From the NCBI GenBank assembly GCA_017499595.2, contig CM038998.1, positions 3,100,001-3,164,000 of the forward strand: a stretch of DNA of 64,000 bases. Reading direction: 5' to 3'. This document shows positions 37,069-51,122 of this stretch, in pieces. Under the pieces are notes generated by a model that did no database searches, was not told where the DNA came from, and was given only the letters and a program-made list of their open reading frames with translations. Source of the DNA: Psilocybe cubensis. Taxonomy: Eukaryota. The translations under genes were made by a program, and so were the position numbers. Within the stretch, counting starts at the first letter, position 1; each line of letters opens with the position of its first letter.

Positions 37069-40000
37069 GCCTACAGGACAAAGCTGTCAATACTTGGATC
37101 CAAGGTGTAATTTAGACAACGGACTAGCTATTTTACTTCATCTATAAGTACACTGTAAATATACCACTGTTAGCCTTTTACAAGTTTCGTAGGTCTGCTA
37201 GTGGGAAGGTCTGAGAAGATATATGGGATATTGATTTATACAAAAGCTGCCATCCAACATAAATTTGTTTACGATGAAGTTCATCGGACACTCGAAGTAA
37301 GCACTTACTACGTGTGCTTAACTGAGGTCATGATATGATGGGTTTGAAAGTTCGGGGACACCCGGCGATTGCTCGATAGGCTGGGCCCACATGACAGAAC
37401 AAAGTCCTTGACATTGAACGACAACTCCGCAGATATCCAGGATGACTTGCCGTTGAACGCCTCCTCTGTCATCACCGAATGTTAAGCCTCCTCGACATCA
37501 CCCCCGTCATAGGCTCTACTTCAACTTTGCTCCCTTTGATACCCACTCATCTACCCCACTGCAGCCCATTGGTTATTTGGCGAGTTAGTTGTTTCGCAAC
37601 GAAGATTTTCTCAAGGTCTGGGACTCGATGTATTGAAGTTTATAATATTGGAATATTCTTCCACACAACTTTGCGGATTTTCTCCAAACAATTTTCGCCA
37701 ATAGCGTGGGCAGCAGACGTTTCCTGGATAACGCACGCTGCTTTTACGGACGTTGTAACAATTAGCTCAGCTCTATGGTTAAAGATTTGGACTGAACTCC
37801 TCAAAGACTTCTTCTTACCTTGCTACCCTCATGCTCTAGTGCCCTCGATCTATGCGGCACTGCGTCTCTGATCTCAACCCCAATGGAATGGGCACCGTAC
37901 TGCGCAGGATACAATGTTTCTAATACTCAACGGGCGAAAGATCGCACCTATACTTATACACAACATTGGAGTATTGTTGCACGGCAATCTGAAATACTCC
38001 AAATTTCTAAAGCGAAGCCTTTCGGGCACCCTTCAACTTTCCTGATTGGTCAAACGATTCGTCCTTACGTTGAACTCGGTACACCAAATACTCTCCCCAC
38101 CATTGTGAAATTTACGCCTAGATTGAATGGTTCCATTCCAACAAGACGGCTTCACCAGGCAGCAGAATTGTGTGCGCTGTTGCAAATATATTTCCTTCCA
38201 GATCCCAACTCTCCATTATTCTTGAAGACTTTGTCGTGGTTGTCGCTCGTTTTACAGTCGAGCATCGCATGAAAATATCCAACACGTCCATCCACTTGAT
38301 AATAGATCCACACGCTTGTGAACTCACTTCCAGGTGCTCCGAGCAAGTGCATTAACACCTCGGGTCAAATCCTTATTCTTCGCGAAGCGAGTCCCGAACC
38401 GATCTTCTATGAACTCATTCCACTAGTCAGGTCAGTTTTTCCTGGTCCAAGACTTCGGTACCGATGCGAAATGTGCTTTATGTATTGTTTTCGTACATCA
38501 CAGTACTAGCATTTATGATTGTCATTTAGTGTGCCATTCACTATTGTCATGTGCAGACGACACTGATGGCCAGTCGTTTCTAGCACTCTTTATTTGCTCA
38601 GAACCCCGAAATTATCGAGGATAGCCATTTGGGATAGCACAACTAAAAAAGGCCAGAATATTATATTATTACAACTCAGGCTTCGCTTTGCTTTTGCCCA
38701 CTTTTTTGCCTATTCAACTTATTCCAAAGCAAAACTTACTCTACCAGAGCTCATTTTTTTAGTAACAACCCGCTATTATCCAGGTGTAAAAGACCCAAGG
38801 TCAGGAGGCGGACCTGTTGTAATTGTTGAAGTGGAGTACCACATAGACGTCAACGAATTCAGACCACGTCGTTAATATATAAGTAACAATAATATGTTGC
38901 CGAATATTCCTGCACGGTCAGAAAGATATATAATTGCTCGCATTCCACAAACAATGGAGAAACAAAAAACTATTTCTAAGAGATACTACACATCACTCAA
39001 GCAAGTGTTAAGTTATTACAACAGGAAGAGACAGTTCATTTACTGGACGCAAAAAAGGAAGTGCATGTTCAGATTTATGGTTCGATTTGTTCACGACGTG
39101 GGCTGTGGTGGACCGACTTCCTGCGGCGTTTCTGGGCTCAGATTCTGACGAGCAAAGGCGTCGATCATAGCTTCTTGATCTTTACGCCTGCGATGCCTCT
39201 TTCTTCGGTCATCCTTAATCAATCTTTCTATCTTTCGTCGAGATTTGCTATGAGAACGAGGGTCCGCAACAGCCTGTTTGCACTTGTAACAAGCAAGCTC
39301 AATGCTCGCAAGAAGGCGAAGTGTCTCCGAATTGTTCAAAGCCTAATTGACATAGAGAGTGAAATTAGCCCCTTGCATGAATGTAGCAAAGAGATTACGC
39401 ACATTTAAAGACCATGATATGACGCGGTTTCCATCCACACAACCAATGACCACAAAATTTCCCCGCTTTTCGGCTTGTAGATCAGACGACTGAAGTTAAC
39501 ACAAAAGAGTCAGAGAGATATCATGCAATATGAACGATGGGCGCACTTCTCCAAATGCAGTCATAACCTTGCCAGTGGTCAGACTTCGGACAACTGACGC
39601 AACATGCTCTTAAAATCATTTTAACAGCGTAAACCTCGAGGTCAACTCACCGACGCGAGATGAGTGCCCTGACACCTCCTGAGTGACTACACCCCTGCCT
39701 TGATAGGACCAGGTGTCTCTTCCAGGGTTGCGAACATGAACTTTCACCTGGATTTCTCGAAAGTTGTCCCGAATTGTTGGAGTGGGGGCGTGAGGAGCTG
39801 AAGTATTACATTTGAAAGATCCATCAGGAACGAAGTGTAGTTGGCCTTGTTACATACCTTGGTTTGTGTGCGTGGATATTATGGAATGGTGGATGTTCTG
39901 GTTCGACGGAGCCACCGTAGGCGCGCTGTCGATGTCCATCGTTTCGTCTGTCATCTGTGGCACAAAGTGGAAAAGATTCATTTGAAATTTGAGAAAACAT

Positions 40001-40515
40001 GATGCTGATAATCAGTGGAAATGAATTCACTTACAGTATGGAGGGTAAAAGGTGAAAAAAACGATGTAAATTAGACCCTGCAAGGAATGGCCGTCGGACG
40101 TTGAGGACGAGTTGAGTTTCAAAGGTCACGGTTCACATCGCGAAGCCAATTAGAGGTCACGTGCACATCATATCTAAATTGCACTCCTATTTCATCCTTT
40201 TGCACATATCTCTCCACCTTCTAGTCACACCTGCGTCTTTGTTGTCTACCTTAAAACTGTACGCGCCAGTTTTTTATTCTATACGACAGGCAGCTGGATA
40301 AAAGAAATCGGCGTTCCAAAACAACCAACATGTTGCCAAGCCCTTTCAGCACTGACCTTTTAGAGGGTCTTTTAGTCTTTTAGCATTCTTTGAGGGTCCG
40401 GATTTTGGGTCGTTTATGTCAAGTCTTAACTTGGAATATACAAAAACACTGTGAAAGGATATTGTGTACCTTCAAGCCACTTCTCTAGGGAATAAAAGCT
40501 TGCCCGCTTTGCCAG

Positions 40516-41015
40516 AATGAACTCATCTCAGAAGTCAAACAAATGCCCGGCGCCGTTTCTGTGTCCTCGCAACAAACTGCGCAATATCAAGATCCCATTG
40601 AGGCCGGAGAAATACTGGCCCATGGAGAGGAAGAGGTCGATGCAAACCAACACGAAATGGAGGAGGAAGATGCGAAGGCGGAGGAAATCAATAAGAAGGT
40701 GTGCTATTAAATGATGATGCTACTATGGTTTAAATACACTATATTCATTGTCCTTTTTATTAGAGAGACGAGGAAGACGAGGATTACATATATTCGTCGC
40801 AACCTTCTAGTGATTTGGCTTCCTCACAAGCAAGCAAATCAAATGAGGTATTCATCTATCCCATATCCCATTCATGAGGTCAATAAATTAAATGAACAAT
40901 AAATATTCAGAGCGACGACGAAGAAGATGAAGCTGAATTTACAGACGAGGAGGAATCCGAAGGCACTGAAGTGCCCGATGCTGAACTGCATCCCCAGAAA
41001 GAAACTACAATCTAG
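40516..41015 (+). CDS. Small, highly acidic hypothetical protein (start uncertain)
   Basis: Three in-phase exons joined by GT-AG introns: ..MPGAVS..EEEDAKAEEINKK|RDEEDEDY..SNE|SDDEEDEAEFTDEEESEG..TTI*. Confidence 0.45.
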
Positions 41016-41274
41016 CAACATTAGACTGGTGCCTCGTTTTTGTGGAGGGATTTTGCATATCACTTGCGGATTAGATGTTACCCCGTCTTGCTCATAAGTC
41101 GTCGATGTAGAAGACATTAGTACTATTCAGACTGGCGGTATTGTGCGAATTTCGTGATGCAATTGGTGTTGATACAAACAATATCCCAGGTCAAATGACC
41201 ATAGGATAATTTTTGTTTAGGATGATACATTAGGACCATGTCCATTTCTGGTATAAGTATACAACATGACAGCG

Positions 41275-44088
41275 TTATCGAGAATCTGGGGATAAATATA
41301 CACCTCCAACCAAGCAGAGATTTCGAGACGTAAATTGAACATTTGTGATTGGTGTACGTTTTGTCGGGAAGGTCGCTAATAGGTCAGAGCTAATTTTCAG
41401 CCAGCTTTCAGAAAACATAACAACGGCAGGTGCAACCAATGAACTTACGTCTCGGTACTTTCCTCCTCACCGTAACTGCGACTGCCATTGGTTGCTCCAT
41501 TTTTTTGGGGTTTGGTCCGAGGTCCCCCTGCCCCCTTCACGTCCCACGATCGCACCGTCCAATCAGCTCCACCACTCACAAGTAACGATGATTCGGCGCT
41601 GAATGCGAGGGAGTAGATTGATGAAGTATGTCCTGTCATCTTCTTGATACGCTTTCCTGAACCTATGTCCCATAGATTGATGGCAAGGTCTTCGCCTATT
41701 GGCGAAGATATAAATAAACATCGCAACCAGACGAACCAAACCGCGTATAACATACCAGCTGTAGCTAAATATTTGCCGTCTGGACTGAGAGCGAGAGATG
41801 ATACAGCTCCCTGGTGTCCAATGAAAACCCGCAAACAAGAGCCACGTTGCACGTCCCACAGACGCGCTGTCCAATCACTTGATCCAGTCGCCAGGTAGAG
41901 CGAATTGGGATGGAATTGCACACACTGGATATAAATCATTTAACATCATCCTCGGTAACACGAACCAATCATCATCTTACATCAACGTCGCTCAGATGCC
42001 CCGCATACACGCGCAAACATGATGTGCGTTCGGTGGACCAGAGTCGGGCTGTTTTGTCTCTGCTGGCTGTTGCAAAATATATACCCATCGGGCTCCACTT
42101 TACGTCCCAAATAGGATTTTCATGACCTCTGAAAGCGACAACATTTGTCATTGTGTCCATCGACCACAGTCGCGTCGTAGTATCTGCAGAGGCCGATAGA
42201 AGATATTTTGGAGGCGCAGCTGAGCCGCTTAATGGGTCGAAGGCGACAGAGTAAACGGGTCCACTGTGACCAATTAGCTTTCTTGTAGTGCTGCCCTTCT
42301 TTTCCTTAATTTTACTCAGGGATGAGGCTGTTCATGATATCCATTAGACGAATCAACTCATTGGGTAGAACATGGACATACCGTCTTTGACCGTGCTTGC
42401 TGAGAAGTCACTTCGCAATCCCTTCAGCTTTTCCCCTTTAAGGCTCCAAAGACGAATATAGCTTTCAGCAAAACCAGCAGCCATCAGAGAAGTGTCTGGT
42501 GAGAAAGTGCAACACGGTGACCTAGCAATGAAGCATGAGCGTTAGCATTGACACAGCATATGATGTTTCCTAATCCTCACCCTTCCGCTACGTCATGAAG
42601 TGTATAAGCGCATATACTGGGCAAGGCACGAGCACGTAATGCACTTGCTTGAGGAGAATTGGGATCTATGTTTGCCAATACCGAGGGTTCTAGTCGTATT
42701 CGTTTTCGGGCATCCCGTACAGCGCTGACCTCGCGTTCGATATCAATGGTTTTGAATGAGGGAGGATGAGGCAATAGATCTGCGTCAGTAGGGGCGGTGA
42801 CCCCTGGAGGCATTGCGATGGGTCGCGAAAGTGACATATCATACTGCGAGGTCAATTCACGATCCATCATAGCTTGCTCTCGAAGAACGCGCTCCGCTTC
42901 AGTCCGAAGATCTTCAGGAATAGGTGCTTGACCAAGTTTGAGTGCTCCTTTACTTGCATTGAATGCTTGTGGATTTGTCAGATTTGTTTTGCTTCCACTG
43001 GCCTGAGGAATAAGCGATGAAAGAAGGCCCGTTGATTCTTCCCATGCGTAAGGAGACACGGATATTGGGTTGGATGACGTGACTGCAATAAGTGTGAATA
43101 GTTAAACCAGTAGAACAACGAAAGCGGGATTCACCATCAAAGCGAAGGTGATTATTTACGACGCGCATGACCGCTGCCCGACCGCGCTTTCCCTTTTCAC
43201 CTGTGAAACCGTCACCAGCCCCTAAGGCTTCTCCACCCACACCCTCTGTTAGCCATCCAACTAATAGTCCAAATCCAGAACGGCTCATTCGAATAGCATA
43301 TTTCTCGTTGCGAAATCGTTGCGCTAGATCATCGCTCTGTACGTGGGCAGGTAATAGTAGAGTTGATAAATGATGCAAAGTTGCGCTATGTGATGGTGCC
43401 AAGGAAGAAGAAAACTTTTGGAAGAATCGAATTGCTGTAAATAATGGTCGGGTCAAAATAAAACGATATGTGAGGATCTGATTTATTTTCATACCAGCGT
43501 CTTTAAACCCATGCTGAATCAAATCAAGGTAAAAGTGACAGAATATGGGGAATAGTATTGGACGAAATTCAGGCTACGTCGCTACCGTCAGCATAATAAT
43601 TTATCAACATGCGAAATAGTACATACTCGATACATGTCCAAAGAACCATCAACCCATGCTTCAAGTTCCCGAAAGCCCTCCTGCTTGTCCGTGGGATCAA
43701 GTGAAAGAAGTTCTTCCGCGCCAACCGTGCCAATACTTGCAATCAAATTTTGGATATTGACAGAACTACCCAAAGATGTGAGCTCCTGTATAACATTGGC
43801 GGAGTCCTTTAGGGCATTCTCTCCAGGTTTCGACTGCTTCTGCGCAAAAACCGAAAGCAATTTAACAAAGTCTTCTGCAGATATAGTTTCTCCTTGTTTC
43901 CCGCTTTCGTTGGGAGAGGCTGCTTCGATTTCATCGAGAAGAGCCTTCGCGGCAGATGGATGACCGCGTGCCTTTAGGTATTCGACAATGAGACGGTCTG
44001 TCGCAGGTACACCTGAAGCTGCCTCCGGATTACTGGGAGAGGGAGCAGATGGAGATTGCGACGACCCTGTAGGAGTCGCGACGGACAT
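41275..44088 (-). CDS. TAF5: TFIID/SAGA subunit TAF5
   Basis: LisH-like IVEYLKARG, NTD2 (WVDGSLDMYR|PEFRPILFPIFCHFYLDLI), LPSICAYTLHD, and WD40 repeats including FRGHENPIWDVKWSPMGIYFATASRDKTARLWS and FHPNSLYLATGSSDWTARLWDV. Confidence 0.95.
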
Positions 44089-44270
44089 AGAGGATTAGCG
44101 AAGAACACAAATGAGTTGTATAGAGTAGCAGCACAAGAATGACTTGCCCCAATTCCTGATCGCCTTTAACCGGTCATGTGACTATGTTCATTAGGCGCGT
44201 CGAACTCAACTTCAAATTCATTAGCTGGCCCTTTCTGTCTCTTTCATCATCGGTTTCTAGCAAACTCGCC

Positions 44271-45125
44271 ATGGCATCAAAGCAAGCTAATCGCCAGGCT
44301 ATTACTCTCAAAGGATCGACTGCTCTGGTAACTGATTTCTTCAAATATGCTGTAAACACGTACGTTCTCAAGGTTGTAGTTGATTCTTCCCTGATAGTTC
44401 TGCCCTCAGAATCTTATTCCAACGCGAAGTATATCCCTCAGATGATTTCCACATGGTAAAAAAGTACGGTCAAACTGTTCTGGTTACCCAAGACCTGGCT
44501 CTCGAAAACTACCTTGAAAGGTGAGTGGCTACAGGCCACCTCGACCTGGATTTCACGAGCTCTAATACGACGGTCATACAGGATTTTGAAACAAGTTCAG
44601 AGTAAGTTCATGACAGATCCTGCTGTGGCCATTTCATAACGCGAACCAATCAGAATGGCTGCTCACTGGATCAGTTACACAACTTGTACTCGCGATCATC
44701 TCGAAAGACACAAGGACGCCACTCGAGCGTTGGGTGTTTGATATCATGTTGGTCGAGCCCCCAGCTGATGGACCAGACCAAAGGTAAGGTCAATGTTAGC
44801 GGGCTCGATGTTTATTGAACACTGACGAACGCAACGACACAGCCGACAAGCCAAGCCGGAGTCCGAGATTCAATCCGAAATTAGGGCTATTTTAAAGCAA
44901 ATCATCTCAATGGTGACTTATTTGCCCGTCATCCATGAACCAACGGTATTCAACATCCTGGCGTATACATCTGAATCTGCAGATGTGCCCGCAGGAGAGT
45001 GGGTGGACACGGATCCGCTTGCAATTGAAGCCGGAAAAAGCCAGCAGGTAAAGATGCGTAGCTTCAGCACTGATGTGCACCGTATTGAGGCGATGGTGGC
45101 ATACCGATACGATGAGGAGGAGTAA
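44271..45125 (+). CDS. MAD2: Spindle checkpoint HORMA protein Mad2
   Basis: ITLKGSTALVTDFFKYAVNT|ILFQREVYPSDDFHMVKKYGQTV, LERWVFDI, VTYLP and QQVKMRSFSTDVHRIEAMVAY. Confidence 0.96.
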
Positions 45126-45464
45126 GTAGGACGAGAAGTAGACAGATATGATGTGAATGAATGATATTCCTGACTGTTGGGTCGCAAGTGTCACGACCGG
45201 ATTGACCGATGGGATCAGAATGGGCAACAAAGATTGCCATGGAAGCCGACTTGTTCCCATACCCTTGGGCCAGCCATATTACATACATGTCTCCTCCGCC
45301 ACCTCTCTCAGTCTGGCTCACCCTCTTTTGTCCCCCTTTATCTACCCTTCCGACTCTCCTTCGCTCCTCCTCCCTCTTTTTCTTTTTTCCTGGCAGGTCC
45401 CAGTTTCTTAGCACTAGGCAGTTCATATATCGGCTCTACTGGGGTTTCTAGATACTATTAAATA

Positions 45465-47544
45465 ATGGGCGAGACTTGGTTCCAACGAGAGTTTTTGTCG
45501 CCACGCCGACTTTTTTTTAATATTTTGTTCTATGGCTCTCATGTCGCCCTCTTTGCCTATGGCTGGTGGAGTCAGGTTCGTTATTGGCTGGTTTTGCTCT
45601 CGAGACCAACGCTCTAACCTGTGCATTCAGGCCACAAATACCAGGTTAGCTGGCCTCAATACTCTCAAATTCTCGGTTTGGTTGTCCCGCGGTGCGGGTC
45701 TGGTCCTGGCGTACGATGGAGGTCTCATACTCCTCCCCATGCTCCGCAACATCATCCGTGTCATTCGTCCCAAGCTCGCCTGGGCATTCCCCGCCGACGA
45801 AAACATCTGGTTCCACAGACAGGTTGCCTACTCTATGGCTTTCTGGGCCATGGTCCACACAACCGCCCACTACGTCAACTTTATCAATGTCGAACGCACC
45901 CGTAAGCTGAGATCGTTTGCAATGCTCTTCTAGTGGCTGATTCGTTTGTCAGAAATCCGTAAACAAACTGCCCAAGATATCCATTACACTCAACCCGGTG
46001 GCATAACTGGTCATTTCATGTTGCTTATCATGGTATTGATGTATACAACCGCCCACAAGAAGATCCGCGCTCAATGCTTCGAGGCTTTCTGGTACACTCA
46101 CCACCTCGCATTCTTCTTCATGCTCGGCCTTTACACTCACGCAACTGGATGCTTCGTCCGAGACACTGCAGAGCCTGATTTCATCAAGTCATTCCCCTTC
46201 TACTCTACTGAGCACTGCCTGGGCTACTTGAGCTGGAGGTTCATTATCTGGCCCGGTATCATCTACTTTGGAGAACGTGTTTGGCGTGAGATCCGTGCAC
46301 GCAGAGCTACCCGTCTCTCCAAGGTCCTCGTACATCCCAGTGGTAGGTATCTCTTGTGAATTATGGTTGCTATCCCTTGACACTCTCAATTTAGGTGCCA
46401 TGGAGCTTCGCATTGTCAAGCCAAGTTTCAAGTACACAGCCGGACAGTGGCTTTTCATCCAAATCCCGGAGTTATCAAGTTTCCAGTGGCATCCAGTGCG
46501 TATTTTTATCTTTGTTTCGCATGGTTTCCGATGACATCCTTTACTGATTGATTTTTGACATCTCAAGTTCACCATCACCTCCGCACCCGAGGATCCATAT
46601 GTTTCAGTGCACATCCGTCAGGTTGGAGACTGGACACATTCACTCGGAACACGCCTGGGAGTTGGCCCGTCCGTCGTTGCTGCCATGACTCAAGCTGCTA
46701 TGAAGGGCGCTGAGAAGGATGAGAAATACGGCATCTCTCGTGGCGACTTCGTTGAACTTGACCCCACCGTTTCCTCTATCACGCTTCCCAGCGTGCGCAT
46801 TGATGGTCCTTACGGTGCACCAGCCGAAGATGTGTTTAACAACGAAGTTGCTATACTCATTGGTGCTGGTATCGGTGTCACACCATTTGCGTCCATTCTC
46901 AAGCACATTTGGTACAGACAAAAGAAAGGAAAGCTTGGTTCTCTCCGTCGCGTCGAGTTCTTCTGGGTCTGCCGTGATGCCCCGTCTTTTGGGTGGTTCC
47001 AAAGCTTGCTTCAGGAAGTCGAAGCTGCTCAAGCTGATCGTAAGCCATCTTGATCTTTTCTACGGTTTGCTGTTTGATGACCGTTTTTTAAAAAGCGAAC
47101 TTCCTCCGTATCAACATCTACCTCACCCAAAAGATTGGAGAAGACATGCTCTGGAACATTGCCGTTAACGATGCTGGTGCAGATTACGACCCCTTGACAC
47201 TCCTTAGGTCTCGTACCATGTTCGGACGCCCAGACTGGAAGGCCATCTATTCCCAAATGAGGCAAGCTATCGAGTCTGGCCAATACCTCCCCGGATCCAC
47301 CTCGCAACTGAAAACCAAAGTCGGCGTACGTTACTTTTCGTAATCTACAAATACACGATTGTCTAACGATATACATCTTTTAGACATACTTTTGTGGACC
47401 TGGAGTTCTCGCCAAGGCAATCAAGGAGGCTACCGTTGAAAATTCTAACAAGTCTGTCGAATTCCTGTTTGCAAAGGTTCGTTGTCATGTTTTTTTCACC
47501 TATAGTGTCATTGATAATGATGTCGATATTAGGAACACTTCTGA
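45465..47544 (+). CDS. noxA: NADPH oxidase A (Nox1/NoxA)
   Basis: SRGAG, NIWFHRQVA, HTTAHY, FEAFWYTHHL, QWHP|FTITSAP, DGPYGAP, IGAGIGVTPFASIL and C-terminal YFCGP..KEHF*; no N-terminal extension or EF hands. Confidence 0.95.
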
Positions 47545-47815
47545 TCTTTTGGCTTGGGATCGACATGTGTGTCGATGAGTTGTCATGGCATATATCAATG
47601 TATTTAGCTATCCTAGTGATACATACCCTGTGGAATTTGCTATCTTTTCGTTTTCTTTTTTTTTCACATGATGTCACAGCTACCAGTACAGGTGTAGCCG
47701 AAATGGAAAGTTCATGCCACTAAATGATACTAGATTATTATTATAAGAGTTGGTTCGGTGGTATGTATGTATTTTATCTACAACGTCTATTCCTCCGTGT
47801 TGTCTACATGTTATA

Positions 47816-50218
47816 TTATCTCGGGGCCTTGATTTCCTCCGGGTGGCTGTCCCATAGCCGGGTCTGTCGCCGTCGAATAGGAGACCCGATCTGTTCTTCT
47901 GCTATCGTCCTGACACTCTTCCTGACGTATTTATGGTGTGAAGTATCCCGATCAGTGTCTTCTTCCATGGTGTTTTCAACCACAGCGTTCAAATTATGTG
48001 ATGGGAAGAAATTCTCCAAATGCGTAAGCACCTCTTTGACGCCGGGCCTTGTGTCGCCAAGATTTCTCTGAGAGTGTCTGGAGAGTGGAATAACACGTAG
48101 TGGTTGTGAAGTTCGGTATTGCTCTTGTCTCTCACCAGAATTTTTTCTTGAGATGGGCAAATCGGCAGGAGGTTTTTTCCAGGTTGAAGATGTGCTGAGC
48201 GTGCTGTTCGTGTCGCTGAACGTATCGTTCTCGTTATTCTTGACAAAATTCAAATCCGTCGGAAAGGCTTGCGAAGACGATGATGGAGCAGACAAATCAT
48301 TTTGTGAAGGCATGATTGCCTTACTTGTGCTTCCCGTATTATTAAAGGGAGGATATCGGTTTGGAGCCAAAGGTGCAAGATTGTTCGAATAAGGTGTCTT
48401 TTCTATTGGTGGGAGCGGTGGCGGCTCATATCTGAAAGGTGGTGGTTGGTTATTTTCACGCTGTTTTTCCTTTCGCCGCCGAGATGTGTCCTGTGGGTCA
48501 TCATCGTCTGGGTTGTAAACAACCAGGCGAGCTTTTCGGGTAAACGATTGGTTGGATCTCTGGCTTTCTGAAGATTCAGACGCTGTAGAAGTCCGTTTGG
48601 CGCGTGTCATTGAGTCGTCCGACCGATGCATTCTATCTTTTCGTGGACCCGGAGGCTCAATTGTAACTATCGGTGGGCTGGGGAGCCTAGGAGGAGCTAT
48701 CACAGGGGGATTGTGTGGTTGGCGAGACGAAAGATTTGGATGTGAATTCCCTAAATTCACTGGTACGACAGGGGACGGCGCTCGAATCGTAGGTTCACGG
48801 GGATCTGCGATGAAAGTTTTCTCCTTAAGGTCTGCAAATTCAGTGATATCATCATGACTTTTGTTGAGAGGTTTATAGCCCAGATACTGCATCCCCGGGA
48901 ATGACCAATCTGAAGGGAGTTCAAGATATGCATGGTTCAGGAGCGCAGAGGCCGAAGAACGCTTTGCCGGTTCACTATTGAACACTATAGTTAAATGATG
49001 TATTTACGAGAGAAGGAAAGGCGCAGCGCACGGTTGAAAGCATTCGTTCCTAAATTTCTTCGCAGCATCTGATAAATGACAGTCTTTAGGGAGTGGAGGC
49101 GCGCTTTTCTCATTTATCAACTATATGCGTTTGTCATTACGGGGGAGGAAATAACAGTCACAAATTCAGAAATAGCCAACCTTCATCAATACAGGCAAAA
49201 GTTCCTGACCGAACCATGGTCTGTTTCCGGTCCACATTTCTATAACGATGCATCCTACACTCCATATGTCTACCTTGGTGGTGTACCCATCCTCTGATGA
49301 AATAGCTTCTGGTGCCATCCAGAAAGAAGTACCCTTCATCGAAGAAAAAGCACGGTCAATTTCCTGGAGTTTCTTTGAAATGCCAAAGTCGGAGATTTTG
49401 CAGATTCCGGTCTCTTCGACGAGAATGTTGTCTGATTTCAGGTCCTGTATGTCAGTTCAGCTTTTGAATTCAAAGTAGACGATCTGTGACTTCACTCGAT
49501 GGATGATACCCTTAAGGTGTAGGTACGAAAGACCTTCCAGAATTTGGCTAGTAAAATATTTGGTGACTTCTTCTTTGAACTTTCCACACTTGCGCAAAGA
49601 ACTGCCAATAGTTCCGCCAGAGACATACTGCAAGAATCTACGATAAAGCAATTTTAAGTGTGCAGGAATGTATGTCCAACTTTCTCAATACACACATGTT
49701 CAGAGTTTCCAGGTTTTCTTCAAAGCCAAGATATTGAACGATATTATCATGGTCGAGATCTTGCAACGTTTCTCGTTCATCCTTGAGCGCCTCAACGATT
49801 GTCTTCATGTCTGTCTTCATTCTATCGCTCGCCGTCTGCGGTAGTTCAACCTGTTTGACGGCCATGACCTCTCCAGTGGTAGCATTGAATCCCATATACA
49901 CCCTTCCATGGCTTCCACTGCCTATCAATTCACCTTTCATCCATCGGATTTTTGCTGATCAAGAATAGTATATACATTAGCACGTTGTCAAGACTGCATT
50001 AGAATAATAAGGTCACCTTTGGGACGCTCTTTATGGCTTTCTTTGGGTAGTCGTCTGGTGGCTTGACGGCTTGTCTCCGCTCTTGGTGCCGCATTGAGTC
50101 GACGAACTGGGGTCGACGAAGAACCATGGGGATCAAAAAAGTATTCTTCAAGACTTTGCTTATAAGTTACAGTACGAGGGGGCCGGAATTTGGGCGCGCC
50201 TGAAGGATTGCTCTGCAT
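47816..50218 (-). CDS. STE11/Bck1-like MAPKKK-family kinase with short N-terminus and long C-terminal tail
   Basis: RWMKGELIGSGSHGRVYMGFNATTGEVMAVKQVELP, HR|DLKSDNILV..DFGISKK, MKGTSFWMAPE and KVDIWSVGC; catalytic motifs intact. Confidence 0.85.
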
Positions 50219-51122
50219 GTCAAGCAAGCCTTGCAACGTTCTGGTTGCAGAAACAATGACGATAATTGTCAGACTTTTGTCAAGATGAAAGCGGCCCAAG
50301 TAGGAATGGGGAATAAGAAGGCTTCTAATCACGGACAGAAAGAGACCGTGGTACTTGGCCACAGCTCATCTGATATCCGAGACGACTGTAACGAGAATGA
50401 TGCACTGGCATATGTCAATGGGCATATTTTTGTCTTTGCGGCAATAGCCCGTGTTGGTGCCACGCGGCACGTTGAGTATATTGTTGCTAACAGTAATAGA
50501 AGAAGACATTCCAAGGTCCTTTCCAGCGGACGTGGGGAGGACTCACAAACTGTCGCTTAGATAATGCTAATCAGACACCGCCACTGACACGAGACTCCGC
50601 CATAGAATTTTCCTCCATTTAGAACTTAGTCGATCGCGCCAGGTACGCGCAGTGGCATACTCTGCTCTTTCTTTTCCATCCCCACCTCCTTCCGTCCAAT
50701 GAGGTTCTAATTCATTCACTCTAAGCCCAGTCTTCTCATAACGCATGCCTCCAGCAGGCCCTTTGTTTTTCGCGCCGGAGAAACCTTATCCAAATTAGGC
50801 GCCGCCCACGTTAGTACCTACAATATTGTCATGCCAGTGGTTTGCAAAGGCATAACGGGGTTCCACGGTCCATGTCAGTAAGCAGACATCCATGATTAGA
50901 TGTGATTCGGAACGGTCTTTGGCAGTCTCCGAGGTCCAATAAGCGACGGTACTAAAATTCTGCGATGAGCGCTCGGCTGCCAGATAAAGTTAGAACAACA
51001 GCACGAGTACAAAACTCGTGGTAAAAGGCATATCTCTTTGTGTACAAATACCATCCACAAGCCAATAGTCTGTAGTATACACTAATATACAGGAGTTGTT
51101 ACAACTTCGTTCTTGCCACGAT

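Noticed and set aside
37100-40300. Short ORFs in the 3-kb gap after membrane gene B
   Set aside because: No recognisable domain, consistent splice chain or transposon hallmark. A decayed gene cannot be excluded.
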